Shown one piece after another: positions 24,901-36,929 of a stretch of DNA of 40,023 nucleotides (position 1 is the first letter of the stretch; the number at the start of each line of letters is the position of its first letter). The position numbers were made by a program, and so were the translations under genes. The DNA lies in contig ML002342.1 in NCBI GenBank assembly GCA_003614675.1, positions 1 through 40,023 of the forward strand, read 5' to 3'. The DNA comes from Dimargaris cristalligena (taxonomy: Eukaryota). Under the pieces are notes generated by a model. It did not search any database, was not told the DNA's origin, and was given only the letters and a program-made list of their open reading frames with translations.

Positions 24901-27593
24901 TGCCAGTGTCGGTAAGTTCAATTTACAATTATCTACCTAAAGCCACTTCCGGGGGTTTTTTTTAAAAATTACTTTCACTGGTATTATTTCCCATTTTTTT
25001 ATGTATTAAGCCTTGGTGAACCCCATTGCTGTGGATGGTTCCCCATGTATCATACACCTTACTTGGTTTACCGCTCCGACTCTCCCGACACCTATTGTTT
25101 AGGTAAATGGGTCTGGAGTGGATTGGCTGGGGGGGGGAGCTGATATCAAAAAATACACCCTAATGGTGTTCATGCTAGAGCAGCCACGGTAACGAGGGGT
25201 GTGTGTGTTTAAGGGGGGAGTGGGCGCTGATTACAGCAAGGCAATTCTTTATTTTTTCTTTTATTTTCTTTGGGTGGGACTAGTGGAGGTTGTTTGTAGT
25301 TCAGGGGAGGGGATGATATCTCGCCCCTACTCCTTTGGTAGCTCACCCTCCGAATCGATTCGTCGATATTACCATATTGGTCCCCTAGTCTGTGGCTGTC
25401 TCTACGCCCCGTTTCGCAATGGTCGTTGTACTACTTGTCATGACATGAAACATCCTATTCGGTGCTGTAGATTCAGGGGGAATATGTTGCTATAACATTC
25501 TATTTCATCTTCTTTTTTATTAAGGGCATGGGGCATGGGTATTCTAATCAGACCATTTTGGGGCCGTTTATGGGTTTGGTTGATTTTATAAGGTGTAGGT
25601 CGGCTATCTCTCGTTCTCTCTTTGGTGGATTCAGTCATTGCCTCCAACCTTTTCGTAGTTGTCCTTCGAGAATAGGTTGGAAGTAGTACCATTTGGCATT
25701 CTGTTGGAGGAGGTGGTGGGGCGACAGGTCTCCGCTGCGTCTCTCCGTCCTAACTTGCGCCAGGTGAAATTTACTACTGTTTCTGCATCTAACTGATGGC
25801 ATCTTAATTGGAACCCGGCTGGCTGCATCGAAACCGGCAGGTTACCAATAGACAGTGCATAAGAGAATGAGGCTGGTGTAAGTTACCTAGCCTGATTGAT
25901 GCTGACCGCCCTTTTTTTTGCCATACCCCCGCGTGTAGGCTGGGCCATTTTCTCCACCATTTATTCCCTTTTCCACATTTAAGTTTCCGAAATTATTATT
26001 TTTATTTGCAGAATATGGGCCAGTGATAGTGGTGGTCAATTCCCTCAGGACACAGGATCGGCCATATCAGTCCACACTTACACCAACAGACTACATGGAT
26101 TAGGTCTTTTTATTATTCCCATTCTATACGAAACGCACCTTAGTCACCCTATTTTTAGCAGTCTGATTTTCTTTGGGATTCGGTTCTTCTAAGGCCAATT
26201 GGAAGCAGGGAGAGGGGAAGAAGTGGTCCAGGCGGGAGGAGGAGGAGGAGGAGGGTGACGACTACTACTATATTACTAGACGGCCGATTTGGACTGATAG
26301 TATGTAACTGGCTGGCAGTCCACTGCGCGCGCTCTCCTTCCCCTCCCTTCGCCTGTCAGGAGTGCACTGTCCGACTGATGGCGAGGAGTTGGTACCGAAT
26401 GCCGCTGCCTTGGACCGGCGGTTCCGTTCACTCCATTGGTACGGCTGTGCTTCTTCCGCATGGATCTACTGTGGCTTATGCCAGCCCTGTGTGGACCCAT
26501 GTATATAATTACACCATTTCCCGACCCCGAACTGGGCTGTGCTGCTGTGATGACCTCCTTTGCCGCCCCCTTCTCTCTGACCTTGGTAATTTAGAACCGG
26601 GTTGTTCCTTGAAACCTCCTTGCTTGCGCGGTTTGTTACTCTGAGGCTGGCACTGGCGTGACTGGCTATTTACCACCTCCATCTCCCCTCCTCCTCCTCC
26701 CTCCCTACTCCTGCCCCATCCATCGATTCTATTTTAATATCCACTCCCTCCACTTTAATATGGATACCCCCCTCCCTGCTTTGTCATTATATTATACCCT
26801 GTTATAGCAGCTCTATATACCACCTCCTCTTATTCCTATATTCCCCACCCTTTATAATTGTGGCGGTTGGCGACCCACACCCTTGAAATTTTATGGACCG
26901 CGCCCCTATTTAGCTTTACCGTGACTACTCTCCTTTTTCACCATTATTGGTATAGTCGTCACCCTGGTCTATTTTCATTTTTAAAAGCCCGCTGAACTGC
27001 CACTCCTGGTCCACTGTATTACCTCTGCACCAGCCGTAATTCGCGGTGCCACTTATTTTGCCCTTAGCAACCGCGTCCTTGCTTTATTTTTACATTATTC
27101 ATTACGGTCCCCTCCCCCCTTTTCTTCACCACCCCTCTCTCTCCCTGAGTCCACTTGGCTACGATACTCCATCGGCTGGCTTCTATCCTTTTATTCCTTG
27201 ACTGGCGACTGTGTATTGTGGTTGTTTCAACTTGGCCACTAACCCTATGTCCAGCGTGGATATGCTGCGCCTTAGCCTCGCTTCCACCTACTTTTTTGTA
27301 CTATAGACCCACACCCCTCCCTCCCTCTTTTACTATTTTCTTTGGTTTAAAATCCCTCTTACCTTTCGGGTTCTTGTTTGGATTATTCGGATATTGCCGT
27401 CATTTCCCAACTGAATTTTCCGCATATCAATATTCCGAGACAGCTGCAATCCGCCCTTTATCTCGCCCACCTAATCTTATATTTGCTATTCTAATATTGA
27501 TATTATTCCATATTCCTTCGCCCTGGATTAATTCCCCAATCGAATCTAACCGCTCGCTTAGATTCCACGATCGGACTTCCCAGTCCCCCTAGT

Positions 27594-30299
27594 ATGACCT
27601 CTGAATTGGAATTATCCACCTCATTATCTCAGCACTCGGATACTTGCGCTGATCCTCACTATTCGTCCGCTCGCGATTCTAACGGTCAAGTGTCTCATCA
27701 CACTTTCCCGCCCGTCACTCATAGCCACAGTGGACTGAAACTCGAGTCGATCCCCCTTCAGCACCACAGCCAGCAACTCGCTCATAAAGATACCCTATCA
27801 TCTGCTCTGCCTGATCATACGGGTAGTTTTGTACAGTTGCATAACTCAGCCACTATGCTTCAGCATCCCCACTCATCCTTTCCCAACTACGACCGGTCCG
27901 GAGAATCCGGCAACGGGAGCGCCAATGGTCACTTTTCCGCTGGCCATTCGTTTGGTCAAATGGATGTGAACCATTTGGCCCCCGGTAGTGAGGCCTACAA
28001 CTCCGCCGGGCCCACCTACCACCACCAGGGAGCCCACGGCGAATACCTGAAGCAGGAAGCTGCCAATGAACACGGCGATCCCGCGGCTCACCACCATGGT
28101 CATCATAACCACGGCCATCCTTACCTGGCCCAACCCCCTTCACAACGGTCCACTGGGATGTATCCCTACGGCCATCCTGGTCAACAAATTCAACTGCAGG
28201 CCTTCCACGGTGGCCAACCAGTCGAATCCCTTAGTCGCCATGACTCCGGACACGATGGTTTCGATCAGAACGGCCAAACCACCCCCCACGGCACCGATGG
28301 TGGCATGGGCGCTGGCGACGGTAGCAGCAACCACGGCTACGGCCAGGGCGGCCCTCCTTCGGCCACTACCAGTGTGAATGATAACGATTCCCAATCCGCC
28401 GAAAGCGGACCTGGGTCAGGCGGAAACGGTAGCGGTAGTGGTGGCACTAGTAGCTCCGCCCCAGCCACACCTCTGATTGCCCCTCGCAATACCTACAAGC
28501 GATTCCGTAACGCCTTCATCTTCTTCGTTAATGAGCAACGTAAAGTCCGCAACCCTGGCCAAGCCTCCATCAAGAACCGCGAGTTTGTTCAAATGATGAG
28601 TAATGAGTGGAAGGCGCTGAGTAATGACGCCAAAAAACCCTACCAAGATATGGCCAAGGCCGACCGGGAGCGCTATGACCGGGATGTGGAAATTCACGGC
28701 CGGATTCCCCCACGGCCCGCCAAGTCATCACTGCAGGCCAAGAGCGCCGGTATTCCCCCTTATTCTGCCCAAGGCATTTCACCCCTTAGCTTCAATGATT
28801 GGCGAACCATCCCCCATGATATTTCTGGTCAGCCTTACCCTTTCATGAGTCGTGAGCAGCACATGTACCAACTGCCTATGGATCATTTCCCCAAAATGGG
28901 CGCGCCTCGCCCCGGTGAACCCATGGCCAATTACGACTATTTGTTGTACAATTACCCCCAAACCCCCAATAAGATTATGTCGGTGGCCACTTCGCTGCCT
29001 AACAGCCTCCCTAACACCCCTGGGCTCCCCACTCCCGGTAGCCACACTCCGAACCCCGTGTCCGACCTGACCCCGCCTCCCGGCATGGAGCACCGCACTC
29101 CTTCCGGCTCCAACCCTTCGGGTTATTTGCCGGCTGCCGCTGCCCAAGCCTTCTCAGCCGCTTCGTTGCCCACCCCCAACTCCAATATACCATCACCTCA
29201 GCACCATGCCGTTTCCCAGCACCCGACCCCGACCAGTCGCCACGGTCACATGATGGCTTCCCTCTTCCCCAATGGAGGTAACCCGTCCCACCCCCTTCAT
29301 TCCGCTTCATTACTCCAGTCGACCCCTCAGGAGTTTTATCCTACCTCTTCCCAAGGTGCCGTCGCTGCCGCTAATGTCGGGTCTCAGCCCGGGGGCGCCC
29401 CCGGATCTAGTGCGGCCGCTTCGGCCGTCTCGAACTACTCCTTCCACCAGGGAGGTGTTCCCAATCTCATGTCGGTCGGTCAGTACAGCGCTAATCCCCA
29501 CCACGCCGCTGCTTTAGCAGCTGCTCAGAGTATGAACGGTCTTACCATTCAGCCCCATGGCCAGAACCCTGGCCTGGTGGGCCAGCTGGATATGAATGGG
29601 ATGCCCATGGGAGGTCCTAACGCCGCTTCCGCCGGTATGTCCATGATGCCGAGTGGCGTTCCCACTATGATGAACGGCAATCACGGTATGTCCCTTCCGA
29701 ATACGGAGCATTCTCACTCGCAAACCCACGGCCAAGCGGGCGGTTACATTATGCATGGCTCGCAACCTCAGCCCGCCACCGCAGGGAGCGCTTACGCCGA
29801 CGCCAAACTGAGCCGCACCCGTTCCATGAAAACTAAAAAGTCCTCCTCCACATCATCCAATAGTAGGCGCTGTCGTAGCTCCTTCGCTCTTTTTGTGCAG
29901 GAGGAGCAGCTCGCTCTTCAGAACGCCAACGCGGGCAACATGATGGGGGTCGGCCCGGATAGTTTTATGAACAACTTAGAGCCCATGTCAGCTGAGCAGA
30001 TTCAGGACACCTTGGATATGTATGGCCTCAGTGATACTATTCATAGCTCGGCTGGTTCGCCGTCTGGTGGTCGTGATGACGATCTCTCTTCTTCCCTGTT
30101 CTCCCGTAAGGATAGCGATGGTAAACACCTGTCGGGAATTGGCAGCACCTCTACGCCTGCCCTGACGCCAACTCACTCGGAGTTCCAGCTCAGCCCCTCT
30201 ATGAATAGCCATGATTTTGTTCGTTTTATGGCTCAAAAATGGAAGACGCTGAGCGCAGCTGAGAAGCGGCCTTATGTTAGCATGTCGGAGCAGTCCTGA
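27594..30299 (+). CDS. HMG-box DNA-binding protein / transcription regulator, 901 aa, single exon
   Basis: Canonical HMG box at ~28482-28692 (PRNTYKRFRNAFIFFVNEQR...IKNREFVQMMSNEWKALSNDAKKPYQDMAKADRERYDRDVE), flanked by His/Gly/Ser/Pro/Gln-rich low-complexity regions. A second, split HMG-like box lies at the C terminus. Confidence 0.93.
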   Translation: MTSELELSTSLSQHSDTCADPHYSSARDSNGQVSHHTFPPVTHSHSGLKLESIPLQHHSQQLAHKDTLSSALPDHTGSFVQLHNSATMLQHPHSSFPNYDRSGESGNGSANGHFSAGHSFGQMDVNHLAPGSEAYNSAGPTYHHQGAHGEYLKQEAANEHGDPAAHHHGHHNHGHPYLAQPPSQRSTGMYPYGHPGQQIQLQAFHGGQPVESLSRHDSGHDGFDQNGQTTPHGTDGGMGAGDGSSNHGYGQGGPPSATTSVNDNDSQSAESGPGSGGNGSGSGGTSSSAPATPLIAPRNTYKRFRNAFIFFVNEQRKVRNPGQASIKNREFVQMMSNEWKALSNDAKKPYQDMAKADRERYDRDVEIHGRIPPRPAKSSLQAKSAGIPPYSAQGISPLSFNDWRTIPHDISGQPYPFMSREQHMYQLPMDHFPKMGAPRPGEPMANYDYLLYNYPQTPNKIMSVATSLPNSLPNTPGLPTPGSHTPNPVSDLTPPPGMEHRTPSGSNPSGYLPAAAAQAFSAASLPTPNSNIPSPQHHAVSQHPTPTSRHGHMMASLFPNGGNPSHPLHSASLLQSTPQEFYPTSSQGAVAAANVGSQPGGAPGSSAAASAVSNYSFHQGGVPNLMSVGQYSANPHHAAALAAAQSMNGLTIQPHGQNPGLVGQLDMNGMPMGGPNAASAGMSMMPSGVPTMMNGNHGMSLPNTEHSHSQTHGQAGGYIMHGSQPQPATAGSAYADAKLSRTRSMKTKKSSSTSSNSRRCRSSFALFVQEEQLALQNANAGNMMGVGPDSFMNNLEPMSAEQIQDTLDMYGLSDTIHSSAGSPSGGRDDDLSSSLFSRKDSDGKHLSGIGSTSTPALTPTHSEFQLSPSMNSHDFVRFMAQKWKTLSAAEKRPYVSMSEQS

Positions 30300-32177
30300 A
30301 GAGTGCTGATTTAATTATGTACCCTCCCACTTTTGGCTTACCTGTATGGCAACTTCAGCGTTCCTTGAATACTTAAATTTGTAACTATTTATATTCCTGA
30401 TATTCACCACCTCTCCCTCTCCCTCACCCCCCCCCTTCCCCTCTCTTCTCCTTTTCCGACCCTTCTGTTTCATTGCTGTGTTTGTATGTGTGCTCAGGCG
30501 GACCTTGTGCGTGGGATGGTAAGGCACCCATTGTTTCTTTTTATCCCCTTGTATTCCTTTGTCATTTTCTTTTTTGAGAAAAAGACGCCCGCTGCCATGT
30601 GCGGTTACATTTTTGTTTGTCTTATTATCCCTTCCTTCTGTGATGAGGTTGCTTTCACCACGCATTCCACTCACCTGAACTTGGTCGTTTAAATTTTGAA
30701 TTGCACTTATTGGTGCTATTGGTTTCTGGCTATATTCGCCGTGTTCTTCTATAGTTTGGCTGCTATCGGAGTCTTTGGCATGCGTCCATATCATCTTCGC
30801 ATCCATATTTGCCCCTTTGTCTTTGGGTGCGGCTTAGGACTTCTCTTTTTAAATTGACTCTTTTCCAAAACCCTGCAACCGTCAATTTTGTCCCTAATAC
30901 CACGGTTATTTAACTACCCTACTGCTTCACCCCCCACACTTATCTATTTTAATTATTTTTAGGAATGATATAATTTTGTAGAATGTGAATCAGTCACAGT
31001 CCACCCGTAACCGGCGGTTTTTTTTTCTAATAATTTTCCACGGTTTAATATCCTATTTTCATTATTTTTTATAATAATTTTTGACTAAATTTTGAAACAT
31101 GCACAATTTTGCTTCCTCTAATCTCTATATTTGTTCTCGACCATTCTCGTATTTTCAACCACAACCTATTCAATTTTGAAAATTACCTCTGCCCGTTATT
31201 GCCCTAAATTTATTGTTCATTTTTTTGCAAGACTCCGATTCTATAATACTGAAAAATACATATCTTACTGAGTAAACCACGCCTTTTATCATCATCATCC
31301 TGCTGAATGACCACTGAATATGGTGTAGCGTATAGATTGGCGGTATGCCAAAGAGGCCGAATGATGAGGCTGATTTAATTTGTTCAAATTATATTTTCCA
31401 ACCTTGATTTCTGTCGACATCATATACAGGTTGGATTAATTTCGTTTGTGGGTTGAATCCTGCCTCAGAGTATGACGGAAATCCGAGTGGGGACTAAGTA
31501 AACTAGTAAATACCGAGGAGGGTTATTTATGGAAAAGATATATAAGTTTAAAATAAGTATTTTATTGAAACATGAAGATCTTTTGAGTATGCGAGTCGCT
31601 ACTTCTTTTATATCTATATCTCTGGTATCTGGGTAGAGTGACTGCCGTTCGCTGCTTGTTCAGAGGGGGCCGCTATAGTGAGGGGGTTAGATGAAGCGTT
31701 CTCATTGGTTGAGATGAGGGGTCATCCTGACTCAGGGTTGTCCGCCCTCTCTGAGGGTTGCAAGAGCTACATACTTACGCGATATTCAATAATCTCAAAT
31801 ACTTGACCTTGTCTGGCAATGCGATAGGGTGGGTGCTTTGTCGACCTTATTGTACCTTGTTTGTAAGCGCAACTAAGTGCAGTCAGGTGAGTCTTTAGAG
31901 TGAAATTCCACTCCAATAAAAAGCTGAATATCTGCTTGCGTCTGCGGGGAGGCCTGGTCCTGTAGGCTGCTGTTCCCACTATAGACCCAGATGGAAGCTA
32001 TTCCCCTTGTGTGTCTAATCCGTGGATTATATCAATGACCACCTAGGCATATCAAACCCTCTAAACCTTACCAATAGTATTATGGAATAAAATAACGGTG
32101 ATTTGTGTGTATGTGTGTGTGTGCGTGGGGGGGGGGTTAGGATTGGTAGTATTTATTACAGGGTATCACACACCACA

Positions 32178-32681
32178 TCACTCCACTCGATTATCCGAAG
32201 GGTCGTTGGAGGTTTGGGCAATTTGTTGATTAAATGCCCGCCATACATCAGCGGTCTGCTCCATACTTTGGCCCAGCGAATTGGCGTCTTGGAGGTTGCG
32301 ATTTAATTGCGAAAGATTGTTGGTTAGCCGATCTAGCCCCTGGGGTTAATGGGCATGAAATGATTTAGAAAACGGGTGAAGGGGGTGAAGCGATAGAAAA
32401 AAAAAGTTCAGTAGATATAATTCAAGTGGATCTATATCCTATGACGGATGCTCCTAAAAACACTTCCCAGCGCTGGGTATATACTATCCAAGGTACATAT
32501 CATCATGGCTCTCGGGAAAAGCGGCTAGGTCCATCAAAAAGGGGAGATATATATATATATAGCCACGTAGAGCTAAGAGACTATAAACCGTTGCTATGGG
32601 GCAATTGCCTACCTGGGCAATTTCGTAGATGAGGTGGTTGCGTTCGCGTTCAAAAGCTTGGGAATCGCCGGAGCTGGACAT
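32178..32681 (-). CDS. DAD1: DASH/Dam1 kinetochore complex subunit Dad1; 2 exons: 32681-32613, 32339-32178; 76 aa
   Basis: The spliced product MSSSGDSQAFERERNHLIYEIAQ|GLDRLTNNLSQLNRNLQDANSLGQSMEQTADVWRAFNQQIAQTSNDPSDNRVE matches the Dad1 pattern FE..R..LI.EI......L..N...LNR.L......G........W..F. GTAGG donor, CAG acceptor, phase 0. Confidence 0.9.
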
Positions 32682-33419
32682 GGTATTGTTGCAATGGGAG
32701 AGCAATGCTACTCTGGCGGTTAAGGGCGGGGAAGGTCGGAGGGAGGGAGGGCTGATAATTGGGCTATAATGATAATAATAATAATAAAAGGGAGGTGGTT
32801 TGGGTGAACGGAAGGCAATGGTTATGTTCAAAGTGACCAGGGTTTGGAAAGCACGGCGAGAGGAGTTGAGCGGTTTTAGTAATGAAAATAGAGAGTACCC
32901 CACTAATCGGATGGTAAACAAGGGTGGTGGTGGTGGTTGACCTAAGGCAAATTGTGAATGTATAGGGTATTGACAACATGTGCATATAGGGAAGGAGGAG
33001 GGGGAGTTAAAGGCAGGCTTTAATTTTAGCTGGCGGGCTCTTTCGACTGCGTCTCTAGCTAGTCCCCTCCCTTTTCACCCCGGAGTCAAGCTGCAGCTGT
33101 TATTTCATGGAAGGGTTAGTAGACGGAATGTGGAATTGAGACAAAAAAATATATATACATTAGTAATAGTAATGTAGTCCATGTCAGACCGAATGGTCCC
33201 CATTGAACCTGTTCATCTTCTTTAGTTATATTTAATAGTGAACTATTCGGTGGTCTTGGCTTGGTGTTGTTGAATCTCACAGCCCGATCCGAGCATATAT
33301 AAAAACTACCTTTTTAAGCAGTGCCCCACAAACCGCTACTTCCGTATTTTCCGCATTCGCCTGGCGATTAGTCAAGTGCCCTCAGTCCCATTCTTACCGC
33401 CGTCTACCTCCCCCCCCCG

Positions 33420-36400
33420 ATGGACACCCAAAAGCTACTGTCCACTGTGGCCCAGGCCCTGCCTTTGCAATTGTCGGGCTGCCAATTGCCAAGCAGTAAG
33501 TATCGTCGTTTAACACTCACCTCGAGCCCGTTTTCCACTGACGGAATTGATTTTCGGTCCATCTGACAAGCCAGCGACCGCCCCACTATACAAATAATTA
33601 TACTGAAATAATAAGAAGCACTGCACCAATCTAACTGATGCTCGTGCTCTCTGGTTTGGTAGGGTATTGGGTCCCGATGGTAGTAATTATCTAAAACTTG
33701 ATCATATATATACATATACATGATCTAGTATTAATGATTACATTTCGTATGCTATTGGTATCAATGTTCCTCTCACAACTCCTATAGTATTTGCCCCGAT
33801 TAGCCGCTCTACTCTAGAAGAAATAGTACCGAGTCAGTCTGCCCATCTATCTACGCCCCCTAGAATAGAATCGAAGCTAGGCGTGGGGCTTCATAGTAGC
33901 AGTCCCCTTAAGTCACCCTGCCCCTCTTTAATCGGGGAACTGAGCTCCCCTAAATCCCACTCTAATGGGGATCTCTACTCGCCCGGCCGCCCGAAAATAC
34001 CCCCAGTTAAAGATGTCAGTCTACGATGTGAACCATGTCGGAAAACCTTCACCAACGAAAAGACGCTACATAGCCATTTGACCACTAGCAAACACATCCA
34101 AACCGTCAATAAGCAGACTCCAACGAGAAAGGGCAGTAAACCGGGGGGACGAGGAGGTAGGCAGTGTTTATACTTAAACAGTAGGAAGGGTACCAAGATA
34201 GCTTCCCGTGGGTCCCGGCGTACAATATCTATATATTATCCCGTAGTGGTTTAATCCTATAAGTGGTTAAAAGCCAATTTTGGCCTGTATTTAACAAATA
34301 ATTTCTGAATACGGGGTTCTAATTGGAAATGTACATGAATATGCTAGAAAAACCGCAATCGGGCGCTAAGAATTACTTTAGCCTGCCGGACAAGGTCCAT
34401 GGTAAGTATTAGTCTTTTGAAACAGATCTACAGTTCCGTATATTTCCGTTGGCCACCGCACCCCGGAAATCAGGGTACTTTACCTAGGGGTTAATGGCAT
34501 TTTGGCGATATTTAATAGTCATCCGTTGCCAATCTATAGTGTGTGATCCTAAAACGACTTCTGCTTGGACTATTGTTTCTAGACGCTCTCCAAACCTTTA
34601 AAAATATTGAAAAGCTTGAACGGAAGTCCCCCGAGCAAGTACCGGACGTTCTCTTGAACTTAGCTCAAGGTAAGTAAATTGCCATGATCATACTATAGGT
34701 ATATCCAGGTATTCTTATTGCCGGGTTTCCCATAATATCCACTCCCTCGGGGTTGTATTGAATGCACCAAGGCTCTTGGTAGATACCGCCCCCGGTTTAA
34801 AACTAACCTACCTGTAAAAGCATTATACGACGTATCTAACAGAAATATTCTTTGACTACCATTTATGTTTCTCACCTCTCATTTAATATATATATATAGT
34901 ATTATGGCAACACTTATGTGTTCGAGACACTCTGGTGTGCCTGGCCCGGCTATTGCGAGCCCACTCCTTGGCGCCCAATTCCCAGCTCACAGTCCCTATT
35001 TGCCAGATCCGACGGATCATCGTACGGCTAATTATAGTATGTAGCAGTCAGTTGGAATCCCATCTCGTTGGTGATAGTATTGTCGATTTCGTAGCGACTG
35101 TTTTCGGAGTGAACGGCGATACACTGTCCACTCATATTTCAGTAAGTACACCTGTTTATATTTCTCACCAACCCATTCCCTTGGTTGGTTTATCCACCTG
35201 GGCCGGGTTTCCGGTCGACTTAAACGCACCAGCTGATGAATCTGCATGATTGATCTAAAAGGCTGTATCTAACTCCGAGCTGGGCAATTTTAACTGATTA
35301 TATTCCTGAGTCATTATTATCATTTTCGTCTCCTAGAATATTCCCCGAGGCTCTCTGCAGTCCATCACGGCGATATGCCAGAATACCTTGATTTCCCCCT
35401 CATCTATTCTAGGAGGTAATACGGCCCGCGAACTCAAGATTTGGGACCTTCTCGATGAAACCGCCCGGCTGATCGAGGTTGGCTTACTCGGTGGGCCAGG
35501 GGGAAACCCTGTATCGGCCTCCGTCTCCTATTCCCTCAAGGCCCACTGGGAACAGACCGTGCTGCTACTCTGGATCAGCGGTTTAGAAGTATGCCAGCGG
35601 TATAACCGACTGGTATCCCTGGTGAAAATGGCCTCCCAATTGGCGGACTTCGCCGACACGCATGGTATGTCTGGACTGGCGGCGGATTGCAGGTTGACGG
35701 TGGTGGCGAAACTGATCCACAAGCAGGTGATGGACCCGGAAAGTTGCGTGCGAATTTCGGTCGAGATGGTCCGAACTTTAGTGATCGCTCTGGAACTAAG
35801 TAAGTAGCATCATCGGGCTATCTCGCCTCAACATATGTACGTGGGGGTGGGTTTATGCAACGACCCCAATTTTGGAGGAATTGTCTTGATGGTTATTAAC
35901 AACGATTGGTATATTCTTACTTTGATGCGTGGGATTCCTTGTGTAGACGACTTAACCCGCTGTCGAGCTATCAGGGAACATATCGAGGCCTTCAAAGCAC
36001 GGTTAGCCACTCTTGAAACTGAGCCATTCCAGCTCTACCATGCAATTCTGGAGGTAGGGATTATGGAGTTTTTGTATATGTTTTTTTGGAATTATGGACA
36101 TAATTGAGGCAGAGACTTTAATGGCAAGTCGAACTATACTTTAGGCACAGTGTGTTTATATGGAATTGTGCGCATACTTGTGCTGATGGCTACCACCGTC
36201 AACTAATCACTTATCTATGCCCCCACTCAACAAACCAATAATCACCCCAACAGACTCTAGGATCCTGCTGTCAGGCCCAGCTGAATGGGGACATCGAGTG
36301 GAATATGTTTCAAGCCACATGCCAATTTCAGTTTATCCTTAATCTTACTTTAGCGGATATGGTATTTGTAGACCTATTGGAAAATGCCGACACTTGTTCA

Positions 36401-36454
36401 CTGGGACAGTGGGTTGGTTTATTGAAGGAAATTATTGGCCATTATAGCCGTTAA
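33420..36454 (+). CDS. C2H2 (JAZ/matrin-type) zinc-finger protein with a helical C-terminal region; 8 exons: 33420-33495, 33788-34156, 34348-34401, 34583-34669, 34900-35141, 35337-35799, 35947-36053, 36254-36454; 532 aa
   Basis: All seven introns are GT(AAGT/AGG)...AG and join into one stop-free 1599-nt frame. The zinc finger CEPCRKTFTNEKTLHSHLTTSKH is in exon 2. The first and last exon boundaries are the least certain. Confidence 0.8.
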
Positions 36455-36929
36455 TAAATTATACATAATACCAGTCGATTTATCTGAAGCTTTATTTGGG
36501 GATGCTACTGATAGGTATTGAAATGATCCAAATTCGACCATTACGTTATTAGGATTTTAAAATGGCGATACTGCTACAGAATAAAGTGGGTAATGGGACA
36601 TCCCTAACTTGCCTCACAACCGAAATATAGGTGTTTCGGTGTATTGATCTAATAGGTTCAACTTACGCAACATAGCTTCTACAGTGACTCGCCTGAAGGC
36701 AATCGCACCCTCGCATTCAGAGTGTATGGCTTGAGATCGACTTATACGTGTAATGGAACTAGGGCCCCATTGCGTCAACCATGTTGAGTGGGTTTTAGAA
36801 ATCCAACTTAACGTCAATGACCACCACTCAGGTTAAATCGACACTCTCATTGTTATTTTAGTTCGTACACATTGACGCTGTTCCGCTAAATTTCCCCCAC
36901 CCCCCTTGGGTCCCAACTAATATATTCTA

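Noticed and set aside
26234..26705. Long-range pairing between a (GGA)n tract and a (CCT)n tract
   Set aside because: Such simple repeats are common throughout the window, and complementarity does not extend into unique sequence.
27155..27592. 145-aa ORF ending one base before the HMG ATG
   Set aside because: It has a TTG start and a Leu/Phe/Pro/Ser composition explained by the pyrimidine-rich leader, and it is not in frame with the HMG ORF.
27594..30299. HMG gene as a Mucorales-type sex locus (sexP/sexM)
   Set aside because: No triose-phosphate transporter or RNA helicase gene flanks it in this window, and the protein is far longer than SexP/SexM.
30297..30314. TGA readthrough or selenocysteine completing HMG helix 3
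   Set aside because: It would add only RVLI before a TAA, with no HMG-like residues, and I recognised no SECIS.
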